Program-made: the position numbers and the translations under genes | Notes under the pieces: model-generated | Database searches by the model: none | Seen by the model: only the letters and a program-made list of their open reading frames with translations | Told to the model about the DNA's origin: nothing | From: Naegleria gruberi | Lineage: Eukaryota | Length of the DNA: 64,000 nt | NCBI GenBank assembly: GCA_000004985.1 | Contig: GG738846.1 | Reading direction: 5' to 3' (one strand) | Part shown: positions 11,809 through 22,286 of the stretch, piece after piece | Position numbering within the stretch: position 1 is the first letter of the stretch | Layout: each line of letters starts with the position of its first letter

Positions 11809-11928
11809 GGCTACGGCCATATCACGATTCATGCACCTCATCCCGTCCGATTTGAGAAGTTAAGCATCGTAGAGCCACATCAGTACTGAGGTTGGAGACA
11901 ACTTGGGAACCTGTGGTGCTGTAGTCTT
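11809..11928 (+). rRNA. 5S ribosomal RNA.
   Basis: GGCTACGGCCATATCACG...CCCGTCCGATTTGAGAAGTTAAGC...GTACTGAGGTTGGAGACAACTTGGGAACCTGTGGTGCTGTAGTC aligns with canonical eukaryotic 5S. Helix I pairs (GGCTACGGC/GCTGTAGTC). A T-run terminator follows. Confidence 0.85.
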
Positions 11929-13066
11929 TTATCTTTTAGAAGTGTTTAACATTTCATAGCTGTATTAGAGTTGATATGGTTTGTATGGATCTGAGCTACC
12001 TTTGAAAGTTTAACTGGTTGTCTGGATATCATTAAAAAGACATCAAATGATCAGATTCTTATTTAATAAATCACCTCCATTCTTTACAAAGTTCACCTCA
12101 ACACACAACATTAATAAACAAAACACTGGTGAACTTTAATGAATAGTTACAAAAAAAATGCTCACAACATTAAACTCACTTTTTAAACAGAATAAATCAT
12201 CAGCAATACTCTCTAATAACGCAATCAGAGGTATCATCACGAGGAGATTATTTCATCATCAAAATCACACATTATCAATACCAGTAGTTGATGACGAATT
12301 TCCAATTAAAACCAAATTTACAATTCGCTCAGATTTACGATTTAAATTTGATCATCATAAAACAGAATCTCTTGGGAAGAGACACAAATTACTGTTACAA
12401 GTGGGGAGGAGGGGTAAAAATCTTACTTTTAATTTAGGGGTGTTGGCTAGAAAATTACGAAATAATTGGGGGGGTAAAAACATTATTTATTTAATTATTT
12501 CTTTACTGATTCTTCAAATTGTGATTTCTTTGGTACTCCACGTTTCTAATTCTATAGTGGTTCTTCTTCTTGTTCCAATTCCTTCTCTTGTTAAACCTAT
12601 GGAATTATAGTTGCTGGGAAAGTCTTCTTAACTTTTTCTTTGGTTATTTTTGTCCGTATGTGGTGAAGTACAAACCATTGTATTGTGCTGGTTGTTGTTG
12701 ATTAATCTTCCTTTCTATTTACAAAAGTGTCTTCTAAGGTAATGAATCATCAGTTTGTACCAATGGTCATCCTTAATTAATTTCTTGATGGTAATAGCTG
12801 TAGGAATTCATGAAGCGAAGGTGAGGCGTGTTATTGTTGTGGAAACATTTGGAAGTGCTTTTGTTTTGGTAGAGGGTTAGTTGTATTGAGGTTTTTTTAA
12901 AATATTTTTTTACTTTTATTAAGCTTTTACAATAAAGAAAAATCAAGCAAGCTGAAAGCTAAGCTTGGTTTTTCTTAAAATTTTAATAAAATTACATAAC
13001 ACACGAGTGGGGTGGATAAAATATTATTTTACATACGAGTGGGGTCAAAACGAAGGACCGTAATTA

Positions 13067-13840
13067 ATGTCTCTTCCCCTTCTGAAAATTAAGAAATGGT
13101 CAATTCCGATAAATGAAACATCGAAACTAAGTGCCAAGCAACAAATTATGATTATTCAATATGCTGGTCAATTGTTTGAGTTGACTAGTATGGTGGAAGG
13201 ATTGATAACTCCATTGATGAGAGGGGAGGATTTAACAATTGCTAATTCAGATTATTTATTTGATTTGGAAAGAAATGATCTTTATTTGAGTACTATTTGT
13301 AGAGCTAGAGAAGGGAAAATTTTACAATTTCTAGTAAAGCCAGGAGATTGGGTCGAGAGAAATCAAGCTGGAATAATTATTGAGAGAGAAAAAAAAGTTG
13401 AGGAGTGGAAATTCCTTAAACCAGGTAGAATTCTCGAAGTTAATTTAAAAGTTGGAGATCACGTTGGCTTTTTTTATTCACCATTCACAATGATGGAGAA
13501 GGAAAGTGGCGAAACTAATCTTCCATTAGCTGATTGCAAATTTATTGGAATTAGCAATGAAAATCCAAAATATAGACCTGATATGGCTCCTCAAATGTAT
13601 TATTTTGAGAATCACAATTGTGGAATTAGTACAAAAGAATACTATACTGAAATATATGATATAGAGTGGCTTGTTAAAGAAGGTCAATTGGTAAAGAAGG
13701 GAGATTTACTTTGTTCATATCAAGTACCCAAATTAAGATTGGAATTTATGAGTCCATATGATGGGAAAATTGTGTGGCTCAGAAGAGATGATTCCATGTT
13801 CATTGGGGATTCATTTTTTGAAATAATAGTTCACCAATAA
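13067..13840 (+). CDS. Hypothetical protein with two lipoyl/biotinyl-like hybrid-barrel motifs. No modifiable EAMKM lysine is present.
   Basis: A 257-aa ORF. GKILQFLVKPGDWVERNQAGIIIEREKKVEEWKFLKPGRILEVNLKVGDHV and GQLVKKGDLLCSYQV...DGKIVWL fit the G.V...V..GD.V..GQ.L..IE..K....I.AP..G.V pattern of lipoyl/biotin carrier domains. Confidence 0.45.
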   Translation: MSLPLLKIKKWSIPINETSKLSAKQQIMIIQYAGQLFELTSMVEGLITPLMRGEDLTIANSDYLFDLERNDLYLSTICRAREGKILQFLVKPGDWVERNQAGIIIEREKKVEEWKFLKPGRILEVNLKVGDHVGFFYSPFTMMEKESGETNLPLADCKFIGISNENPKYRPDMAPQMYYFENHNCGISTKEYYTEIYDIEWLVKEGQLVKKGDLLCSYQVPKLRLEFMSPYDGKIVWLRRDDSMFIGDSFFEIIVHQ

Positions 13841-13853
13841 AGTTTCCACCAAA

Positions 13854-16126
13854 TTATTCTACTAAAATGGTTGAAGAAACAACCTTATTATCAAGTAATT
13901 TTCTAACTTCCATATTGAATGGACGTTTTGCAAGAATATTCTGAACAGTTTGTCTCAAATTTGTAAAAATCTTCCACTCATTACAAGCATTATCATCTGG
14001 TAATTGAATGACAACATCAAAGACTGGATCGGCTTTCAATTGAAGTCTCATCTTTTCACCATCTTTTGTTGCGTTTCTATCACCTAATCAATTATTGAAA
14101 ATTAAAATTACTGCAATATTGTAAACTTACTCATAATTACACTTTCAACACCACCCAACAAGTCGCATAAAATTGGATTTTTGAGAATGGATTTCATATC
14201 ACCATGCGCACTACCACAAAGAACAACCCCTCTCTGTGCGATGGTTCTTGCAGTACTGACCTCATCCCTGGTTCCAATCTCATCAATTACAATGACTTCT
14301 GGTGTGTGATTCTGAACGGCTTGAATCATTACTTCTTGTTGTCTTCTAATGTCAGCTACTTGCATTCTTCTGGCCTTACCAATCGCCACATGAGGTACAT
14401 CTCCAAAACCACCAATCTCACAAGAGGTGTCAACTACGACAACTCTTCTTGATTCAGAAAGCGTCTTGGCAAAATCTCTGATAAAAGTCGTCTTTCCTGA
14501 ACCTGGTTTACCCAAAAGCAAAATGCTCTTCCCTTGTTCAATCAAGTCTGAGAATACTTTCGATCTTCCCATTACTGCCCTGCCTACTCTCAATGTGAGT
14601 CCAATAATTTTTTCACTTCTATTGAGCATGGCACTAATTCTATGTAAGGCGCCATCGATTCCAGCTCTGTTATCAGTTCCAAAGGATAGCTTACTGACAA
14701 CTTCATCAATGTCCTCCTGTTTAACAATAAATGAGTTATCAATGTGCGATTCCTTCTTGTGGTAGTAGAATAATTCATAGGGTCTTCCCTTATCCATGGC
14801 CACTTCAATTAAATTCATCACGTCCTCACCTGAAATTGTTGACAACTGTTCTTGAATCTTCTTTGGGAATAACTCCAAGAAACTGTAAATTTGATTAATA
14901 ATTGTGACATTGTAATCAGTTTGATGAGTTAGAATTGCAACATCTTGTTGAGCAGACTCCTGACCTGCTGTTGGAGATTTCTTAATTTGGAGTATGTCCA
15001 AAATGAAATTCCACAATTTTTTCACTTCAGAATCCACTTGAGCAAACACTTGTTTTGCCTCATCTTCCAAAGGAGGTGTCATGGCCTTACACAGCTGTAC
15101 CAGAGTTCTGACATCTCCAGAAGCATAATTCAACATTTCTTCAGTAAAAACTTTCTTTGCCCAACTATTTCTCATATGAAGATTCTTGCCCAAATCTTTG
15201 AAAGCATTTCCTGGAACGTTATAGAGCATACACAAATCATTGAATGAAATATTTCTTTGGGTTTGATGAAGAATTTGATAGAGAATTGAAGTGTCCACAA
15301 TTGAGGAAACACAAATATCAAAGTCCTTATATAGTCCACATAAATCATTCTCACAATTGTGAATAATTTTCAAAATGGTTTCGTCTTCAAGTATTTTCTT
15401 TACAGTTTCGGTGATGGTTGGATTTTTGAGTTTCATATCGAACAAGTATTGAGTGTTGTGAGCTGAAATCTGTACAAGAGTCAACACTCCATTAATTCCC
15501 AAATTAACACCTTCGCAATCGAATCCTACTAATTTGGTATTGAACTTGGACATGTCAGAGAGGAATTGCTGGGCAAGAGCTGGAGTATTGACAAGCACAA
15601 TATCGCTCTTATTGGCATTACCTACACTCACAACAGTGGATGAGCTGCCAGCTGTCAACTGAGAACTATTAGCAACAGAAGTAGAAGCAGAAGTAGGTCC
15701 ATTTGCTTTTTTAATTTGCTCTACCATGGAATTCAATTTAGTTCTAACATTTTTAATTGACCTTTTGCCTGTCTTATCAAAGGCAGCTGCCAATTGCAAG
15801 GTTGTTAATTGTTCCAACAAGTCGTAATCACTAGAAAATTGTTGATGCAAATTGGCCAAGACAAGGTTCGGAACTTGAACCATAAGAGTCATGGTATCTT
15901 GCTCTTCATTATAAGAGAACCATCTCTCACTCTCTCCACTAAATAATACATCATAGATGTATTGCCAATCGGGAAGGTCTTCGAATTGTGTCTGATGAGG
16001 TTCGAATGAGTAGCCATTCTCTAAATACTTTTCAAATATTTCACTCTTGGTTGGTTTTCTATTGCTGAGCGCACTGATGGAGCAGACACGGATGAGTTTA
16101 TCAAGATAATTGGTTGTGGTGGCCAT
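13854..16126 (-). CDS. Fusion protein with a DEDDy-type 3'-5' exonuclease domain followed by a SpoIIIAA/ycf45-like P-loop ATPase; 2 exons.
   Basis: Exons are 14131-16126 and 13854-14083. The intron is 14084-14130 (GTAAGT...TTAG, 47 nt), and the phase fits. The exonuclease block is VGFDCEGVNLGINGVLTLVQI...KIIHNCENDLCGLYKDF. The ATPase block is GKPGSGKTTFIRD...VVVDTSCEIGG...IVIDEIGTRDE...CGSAHGD. Confidence 0.6.
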
Positions 16127-16459
16127 TTTGTTTTTTGAGTGTTGATGAATTGCTCTCAGAGATGGTTGATTTGGAATTGAATTTGTTCAGTCCGACTTGT
16201 GAATTCCCACCAATCAAACAGCTCCAATATATTCCTTTTAAGAAGTAGTATTTCAGATTCTTCCACATCAATATGCTCAATTTTAATAAAAAATCTTTCA
16301 ATGTTAATCCTCTTCTACAATGTATTACAATGTATCTCCATTAATTTTGGTGTACCTTGTTTTGCATGTAATTTTCAAATGAACATTGGCTAATCAAGGT
16401 ACATTAAAGTTGTTTAATGGAAGAAGAAAAACAGGTTTTTGAAATTGAGTTCTTCTCAA

Positions 16460-16936
16460 CCTTAGTTTAATAATTCTTTTATTGATATCGAAGTTCTAAT
16501 AATTTTCCTCTTTGGCAACTCAGAAGAACCAATATTGTGTGTTGATGTGGTGAGTAAAGATGATGTTTTGTTAGATACAGAAGAAGCAGTTGTCGGCAAG
16601 GCAAGAAGCGGAGTTATTGCACTATGATTCATCAATTTACATTTCCCAATGGATTGTTCCTGTTTCTTCTCTGTTTGTATTGGTTACATTAACACTACTG
16701 CATGTAGTAGTTGATTGAGTGAACCATTGATTGAAAACAGTTTCATAATGATTCAACAATTCTGTCGACTTTACAAACATTTGATTACCACTGACCTTCT
16801 TCTTTGAAGGTCTGCCTCTTTTCTTTGGTATTTGCAAAGTAGTATTACCATTCATTTGGGATGTTTGGGAAGTGTTGGGTGAAAAATCAATAATTGAAAA
16901 CTTGTTATACTTGGTCATTTGAGGAGCATTAAGCAA
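16460..16936 (-). pseudogene. AT-hook small-protein family member, frameshifted: the N-terminal part is in one frame and the conserved C-terminal KRKIIRTSISIKELLN is in another.
   Basis: ORF 16637-16936 encodes ...KYNKFSIIDF...PKKRGRPSKKK...KSTELL and then hits a stop. The conserved family C-terminus is encoded at ~16466-16515 in a frame offset by 1. No credible intron is present, as the only GT..AG candidate is 19 nt. Confidence 0.5.
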
Positions 16937-17450
16937 TGATTGTGTTCTTGTTTTTTATAATGTCTGTTGTGGACCAGTAACAGGTGAGTAACAGTTTTCT
17001 AAGGTTTTTGATACAGCTTAATATTATTCTCTATCGATTTTACGCTAGCTTGTGAACATCTTAAATATGAAATTGGTTTCAAATTACATAAAAACACACT
17101 TCTCTATAGAGACAGAATGCAACAGTGTTAGTCATTACGTGTATTTCAGTTATTTTGCTGTAATTTATCACTTGAGAATGATGCTTGTCAACCAATTATA
17201 CAACGAACTTCTGAAGCAATTAGATATTTGTGCTTAATAGTACATAGAGAAGAAACTGGTTCAACTTCCTATTGGCAATAAGCCACAAAGGAGTGCAAGT
17301 TCAAATTTTAATTCTTTAGTATTTGGGTCTTGTTTGGATATCTATTCAAACGATGCTATTTATAATTCTCTTCTAATATTACTCAATAATTGTTGCAATT
17401 ATTTATGTTCATCATCAAATTTTGAGAATTTAAAAATTTAATTAAAAAAA

Positions 17451-18953
17451 ATGTCAGTCTTTTACAAGTTTAAATCCGCAAAGGATTATGATACAATCAC
17501 AGTGGAAGGCAATGGCATTTCCTTGTCCAAATTAAAACAGAGTATTGCTACACAAAAGAAGTTACCTAAAACAATGGACTATGATCTTGTCTTGGAAAAC
17601 GCTCAAACTGGAGAAGTGTACAAGTATGATCAAGATGTTGTACCAAAGAATACTTCAGTGCTGGTTAAAAGAGTACCTGTAACAAGAAGTGTAGGATCTG
17701 CTAATAATAATCCTTCTGCAAATTCCCAGCCTGCCATCATTCCTCCATCTAATAATAATTCATCATCACTCCTCTCTAATAATAATAATAATACAAATCA
17801 AAAGAGTTTAACAGGAAGCCTATTTTCAAGAAATACATCGTCAAATGATAGCGGAGCATCTTTTGCTTCTGTTTTTTCTGGATCAAGTGGGAACGAGACA
17901 ACAGAGGAAACAATAGGAGAAGAACAAAAATTGAGAGATTTAGCAAATAATACAGGAAAATGGATTCCGGATACACCAAGTCAACAACAGCATCATTCCC
18001 AATCAAAACGTATTCCTCCACCAAATTATATTTGTCACAGATGTAAAAAGACAGGACATTACATTCAACATTGTCCAACTAATGGCGATGCTAGATATAA
18101 TATTAAAACTATTCGTATTCCAGTTGGTATTCCAAAGAGTTTTTTACAACCTATTGAAGCACCAAAAGCCGATTCAAATAATACAGTTGTAATGCCTGGA
18201 GGAAATTTAGCTGTTTTGGCACCAAATGAAAAGGAATTTTCAAAGATTTTAGGTAAGAAGAATGTGGAAATTAGGGAAGTTCCAAAAGAATTCCAATGCT
18301 CAATTTGTTCAAAGATCTTAACTGATGCTGTCACCATTCCATGCTGTAAAACAAATTATTGCAATAATTGCATTACTCATGCATTAATACATGATACTCA
18401 TTTAACTTGTCCAAATTGTAAATCTCCTGATCAATCTATTGATGCTCTAGCTCCAAATTATGATCTAAGAAGGAGAGTTGACAATTATAAAGCAAATTTG
18501 GATTCAGGTGCTCCTCCTTCACTTCTCAGTACTGCAACAAGTCAATTTAATTCATCATCTAGTTACCATAATTCTAATAACAACTCTAATAATTATAATA
18601 ACAGTAATAGTGCTAAATCATCTCCACCTAGTCAAAATTACAATAGCAATAGTGGTGGAAGTAACAATCACCGATATGATAGTCATGACAATAAACAAGA
18701 CAATCGATCTGGATCTTACAATAATAGAAGTAATAATAGTTATAGAAGATCACCTCCAAGAAGAGATTCCTATGATAACAGAAGAGGAGATAATTATGAT
18801 AATAGAAGAGGAGGCTACAATGACAGAGGCAATGATAGAGGAGGTAGAAATGATCATTCGTACGATAAGTATGATAAGAGAGGTGAAAAGAGAGGAGGTT
18901 ATGATAATCGTCGTTCAGATTATGAAAGTGATAGAAAAAAGTATAAGGATTAA
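17451..18953 (+). CDS. RBBP6/Mpe1 homolog (DWNN domain + CCHC zinc knuckle + RING/U-box) with an RD/RG/RS-rich tail.
   Basis: The N-terminal DWNN is MSVFYKFKSAKDYDTITVEGNGISLSKLKQ...VLVKRVP. The knuckle is CHRCKKTGHYIQHCP. The RING-like region is CSICSKILTDAVTIPCCKTNYCNNCI...CPNCKS. The tail carries repeated DNRRG/DKRG units. Confidence 0.8.
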   Translation: MSVFYKFKSAKDYDTITVEGNGISLSKLKQSIATQKKLPKTMDYDLVLENAQTGEVYKYDQDVVPKNTSVLVKRVPVTRSVGSANNNPSANSQPAIIPPSNNNSSSLLSNNNNNTNQKSLTGSLFSRNTSSNDSGASFASVFSGSSGNETTEETIGEEQKLRDLANNTGKWIPDTPSQQQHHSQSKRIPPPNYICHRCKKTGHYIQHCPTNGDARYNIKTIRIPVGIPKSFLQPIEAPKADSNNTVVMPGGNLAVLAPNEKEFSKILGKKNVEIREVPKEFQCSICSKILTDAVTIPCCKTNYCNNCITHALIHDTHLTCPNCKSPDQSIDALAPNYDLRRRVDNYKANLDSGAPPSLLSTATSQFNSSSSYHNSNNNSNNYNNSNSAKSSPPSQNYNSNSGGSNNHRYDSHDNKQDNRSGSYNNRSNNSYRRSPPRRDSYDNRRGDNYDNRRGGYNDRGNDRGGRNDHSYDKYDKRGEKRGGYDNRRSDYESDRKKYKD

Positions 18954-19140
18954 GGTATTTAACATTTTGTAAATTTACTCCAATAAATTATTGTTTTTTA
19001 TCCATCAAATTGATTAATCTCATCATGCTTTGTATTATCCACCTTGAAAGTTATTCTTTGGCACTTTCCATTTTAATAAAACAACCTGTTGTAAATAAAA
19101 TTAACAATTTATTAAATTTTAAATTTTAATTAATAAAAAA

Positions 19141-21270
19141 ATGAGCCAACAACAAAACTCATCACGGAACAATAATTATTCATACAATAATAGTAGTAAT
19201 TATAATCAATCATCGTCTTCTAGTGGTGGCAGAAGACAATATAATTCATCATCATCAGAAAGTAGTAGATATCACGATTCCTCACATAATAATAGACAAC
19301 AAGATAATAGGCAAGGAAGAGGTGGCTATAATAATAATAATACTGGTGGTGGTGCTGGAGGAGATTACAGATCATCTTCAAATAATTACAATAACAATAG
19401 AAGAAGTGATAATTATGAAGGAAATTATAGAAATTATGATCATCATAACAAGACTGTGAGTATGAAACAATCTCATCACAACAATTCCTCATCTTCTGAT
19501 TCTTTTAAATATAAAGAAAATTATAATAGAAGAGATGATAGGATAAGTAATAATAACAATAGGATTTCGGAACAAGATCATAAAAGAAAGACAGTTGATA
19601 GTAATAATGTAAACAATACTGAACATCAAGTAAAGAAAGTTAAAATTGATGAAAAACCTTCCCTTCCTCCTACTTTAAATAATTCGATCATCTCGGAAAA
19701 GAAGGATGAAAATACAGAAGAGAGATTGAAGCAACAATTAAATAACGAAACTCTTTTATTACAAAATAATGATGAAGAGCAAGTAGCAGCAAAAAGAGAA
19801 GAACGAAGAATGAGATTTAAACAAATGGAGGAATTAATTCTTTCAGAGGTTAATCCATCAACAGTAGAAAGTGAGCAAATGGAAGACAATAGCACTGAAA
19901 ATTCTGCTGATAGTGATGGCGATGAAGAAACAGTAGAACCATTGAGGGAGTATAATGCTAACGATGAGAGAGCATTATTTATTCATCAAATTGAAAAACA
20001 AAGAGAAAGGGAAATCGATGACAAATCTGATATTACAGAAGAAACAAAAGTAACTTCACTATATGATGAAGACAATTCAAACTCTGAATCACCAATCATT
20101 GACATGTTTGCAGATTCACCTGATACACTTGTAAAATTATTGAACACTAATAGTAATCTAGATAACAATACCTCAACAGAATTATATGATGATGCTGAAG
20201 GATATTACAGATATAACATTGGAGAAGTAATTAATCAACGATACAAAGTTGAACAATTCCTAGGACAAGGTGTTTTCAGTTGTGTTGTAAAAGCAACTGA
20301 TTTGAATTCCACTAAAAACACAGCCCAAACACCTACATTAGTAGCTATAAAAATAATAAGAAATATTGAATCTATGAAAAAGGCAGGGCTAAAAGAATTG
20401 GATCTATTATCCAAAATCAATGAAAAGGATACCCAAGAATATAGTATAATTAAAATGGTTGAATCATTCACGTATAGAAACCATTTATGCATTGTATTCG
20501 AATTATTGGAGATGAATTTGAGAGATGTACTAAAGAATTATGGAAAAGTGCAAGGTCACCAACACAGTGTGGGTATTTCCATACAGGCATGCAAAATCTA
20601 TACAAAACAACTTGTTAATGCCCTAAAATATATTCAAGAATGTAATATAATACACGCAGATATCAAGCCTGATAATATTTTGCTGGATCACTCACATCAA
20701 TTTGTAAAATTATCTGATTTTGGATCAGCATGTCATATCAGTGAAAATACTATAACACCATATTTAGTGTCTAGATTTTATAGAGCTCCAGAAATTATTT
20801 TAGGAATGAAGTATTCTTATCCTATTGATATGTGGAGCATTGCTTGTACTATTTATGAATTGTACACTGGTAAAATTTTATTTACATCCCAAAACAACAA
20901 TGATCATCTGAGATTAATCATGGAATTAAAAGGTAAATTTCCAAACAAGGTTCTAAAGAGGTGTGCTTTTAGAGAAAATCATTTCGAAAGTGATGGTGCC
21001 TTTTTATTTAGAGAATTCGACAAACTCACCAAGAAGATCAAGATTTCTAAAGTATACTTCCAACGAAATACTAGAGATTTGAAAGCCATGTTATTGAACT
21101 CTATGCTCCAAAACCATCAACAAGATGAGAATGGATCTGAGCAAGCACTCATGGAAGAAAAGAAGCAAGTCATGTTATTGCATGATTTCTTAGAGAAGGC
21201 ATTAGCTCTGGATCCATCAAAAAGGTTGAGTGTTAATGACGCTTTACTGCATCCATTTATTAACAATTAA
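19141..21270 (+). CDS. PRP4-family (DYRK-related CMGC) serine/threonine protein kinase with an N/S/R-rich N-terminal domain.
   Basis: The kinase domain runs YKVEQFLGQGVFSCVVKA...VAIKIIRN...HADIKPDNILL...DFGSA...VSRFYRAPEIILG...LKGKFPNKVLKR. The RS/low-complexity N-terminus is typical of PRP4K. Confidence 0.7.
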   Translation: MSQQQNSSRNNNYSYNNSSNYNQSSSSSGGRRQYNSSSSESSRYHDSSHNNRQQDNRQGRGGYNNNNTGGGAGGDYRSSSNNYNNNRRSDNYEGNYRNYDHHNKTVSMKQSHHNNSSSSDSFKYKENYNRRDDRISNNNNRISEQDHKRKTVDSNNVNNTEHQVKKVKIDEKPSLPPTLNNSIISEKKDENTEERLKQQLNNETLLLQNNDEEQVAAKREERRMRFKQMEELILSEVNPSTVESEQMEDNSTENSADSDGDEETVEPLREYNANDERALFIHQIEKQREREIDDKSDITEETKVTSLYDEDNSNSESPIIDMFADSPDTLVKLLNTNSNLDNNTSTELYDDAEGYYRYNIGEVINQRYKVEQFLGQGVFSCVVKATDLNSTKNTAQTPTLVAIKIIRNIESMKKAGLKELDLLSKINEKDTQEYSIIKMVESFTYRNHLCIVFELLEMNLRDVLKNYGKVQGHQHSVGISIQACKIYTKQLVNALKYIQECNIIHADIKPDNILLDHSHQFVKLSDFGSACHISENTITPYLVSRFYRAPEIILGMKYSYPIDMWSIACTIYELYTGKILFTSQNNNDHLRLIMELKGKFPNKVLKRCAFRENHFESDGAFLFREFDKLTKKIKISKVYFQRNTRDLKAMLLNSMLQNHQQDENGSEQALMEEKKQVMLLHDFLEKALALDPSKRLSVNDALLHPFINN

Positions 21271-21293
21271 TATTTCATTAAATACTGTACAAT

Positions 21294-22052
21294 TTATTCC
21301 CAATCATCATCCTCATCATTTTGTGCTGCACTTGTAGCATTGTCAGATGTGGTGGCGTCACCACTAGCAGCAACAATATTATCACTGTTAACCTCTAATG
21401 TAGTGTCATTTGTTGCTAATGTTGTTTCATTCAATGATAAAACTTCGGAACCTAATTGCATTTTAATGTAGTCTCTAATCTCTTGTACGGAATTAAAATC
21501 ATCATTTAGAATATCCTTCAGAACGTCCAAATATAAATGTTCTTTAACACTTTCATTCTTGGTGTTTGTATTATTCAAAGATTCAAACAACTTTCTCTTC
21601 TTTTCATTTTCCTCAAAATTTAATTTTAATTGATAATATCTCTTCCAGAATAATATAAATGATATTTGTGAAGGGACAATGTTAGTATGAATTTCCTTTA
21701 ATTTTGGATCATTTTCCAACAATTTACTAATTTCATCAGTTTTAGAATCAATATCAATTTGAATAGTATTCAAATCATTTTCATCACTTAAATAAATTGG
21801 TGTTTTGTATGATTGTTCATTGTACAGAATATTTTCAATACTAATATTTGATGATGATTGATCCGAATCTCCCAATTCTGAAGCCAATTCATTAATCTTT
21901 ACAATACCAACAGAAACGGCATCAGCAAATTCATCAATATCCTTCTTGTACAACTCGATCAGTTGGTTGCCATTTTGTGTAACCGTTTGTGAAACTTGCT
22001 CAGCCAGCGATGAAAAGTAATCAAACATTTTTTTTAGAAAATTTTTTCTCAT
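21294..22052 (-). CDS. BSD-domain protein.
   Basis: A 252-aa ORF carrying the BSD signature ...ILFWKRYYQL... (the FW..Y[FY] motif). Confidence 0.5.
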   Translation of the reverse strand: MRKNFLKKMFDYFSSLAEQVSQTVTQNGNQLIELYKKDIDEFADAVSVGIVKINELASELGDSDQSSSNISIENILYNEQSYKTPIYLSDENDLNTIQIDIDSKTDEISKLLENDPKLKEIHTNIVPSQISFILFWKRYYQLKLNFEENEKKRKLFESLNNTNTKNESVKEHLYLDVLKDILNDDFNSVQEIRDYIKMQLGSEVLSLNETTLATNDTTLEVNSDNIVAASGDATTSDNATSAAQNDEDDDWE

Positions 22053-22205
22053 AAATTATCTCTTTAAGGTTTTTTTAAAATCTGATTGCAAAATTTCCAT
22101 TTATTGGAAATGCTAGTCTTGTAAATTGTGTTATTCATTTCCTAGTCTAGTAATGAATTCCAGTTTGTGTTCAACATAAAAACTATTGAATTTGGAATAT
22201 CTGTA

Positions 22206-22286
22206 GCAGACTTGGCCGAGTGGTTAAGGCGACAGACTTGAAATCTGTTGGGGAAACCTTCGTAGGTTCGAATCCTGCAGTCTGCG
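22206..22286 (+). tRNA. tRNA-Ser (anticodon UGA), class II with a long variable arm.
   Basis: GCAGACT-TG-GCC-GAGTGGTTAA-GGC-G-ACAGA-CTTGAAA-TCTGT-[variable arm TGGGGAAACCTTC]-GTAGG-TTCGAAT-CCTGC-AGTCTGC-G. A TTTT run lies downstream. Confidence 0.8.

Noticed and set aside
12158-12610. A 150-aa ORF on the plus strand.
   Set aside because: Low-complexity translation (GGKN repeats, an I/L-rich tail) with no recognisable motif. It sits in the G+T-skewed block and looks like a chance ORF.
18478-18972. A 164-aa alternate-frame ORF overlapping the RBBP6 C-terminus, and ORFs 19220-19492 overlapping the PRP4K N-terminus.
   Set aside because: They are artefacts of purine-rich, repetitive RD/RG/N-rich coding sequence, and the primary frames have clear domain support.
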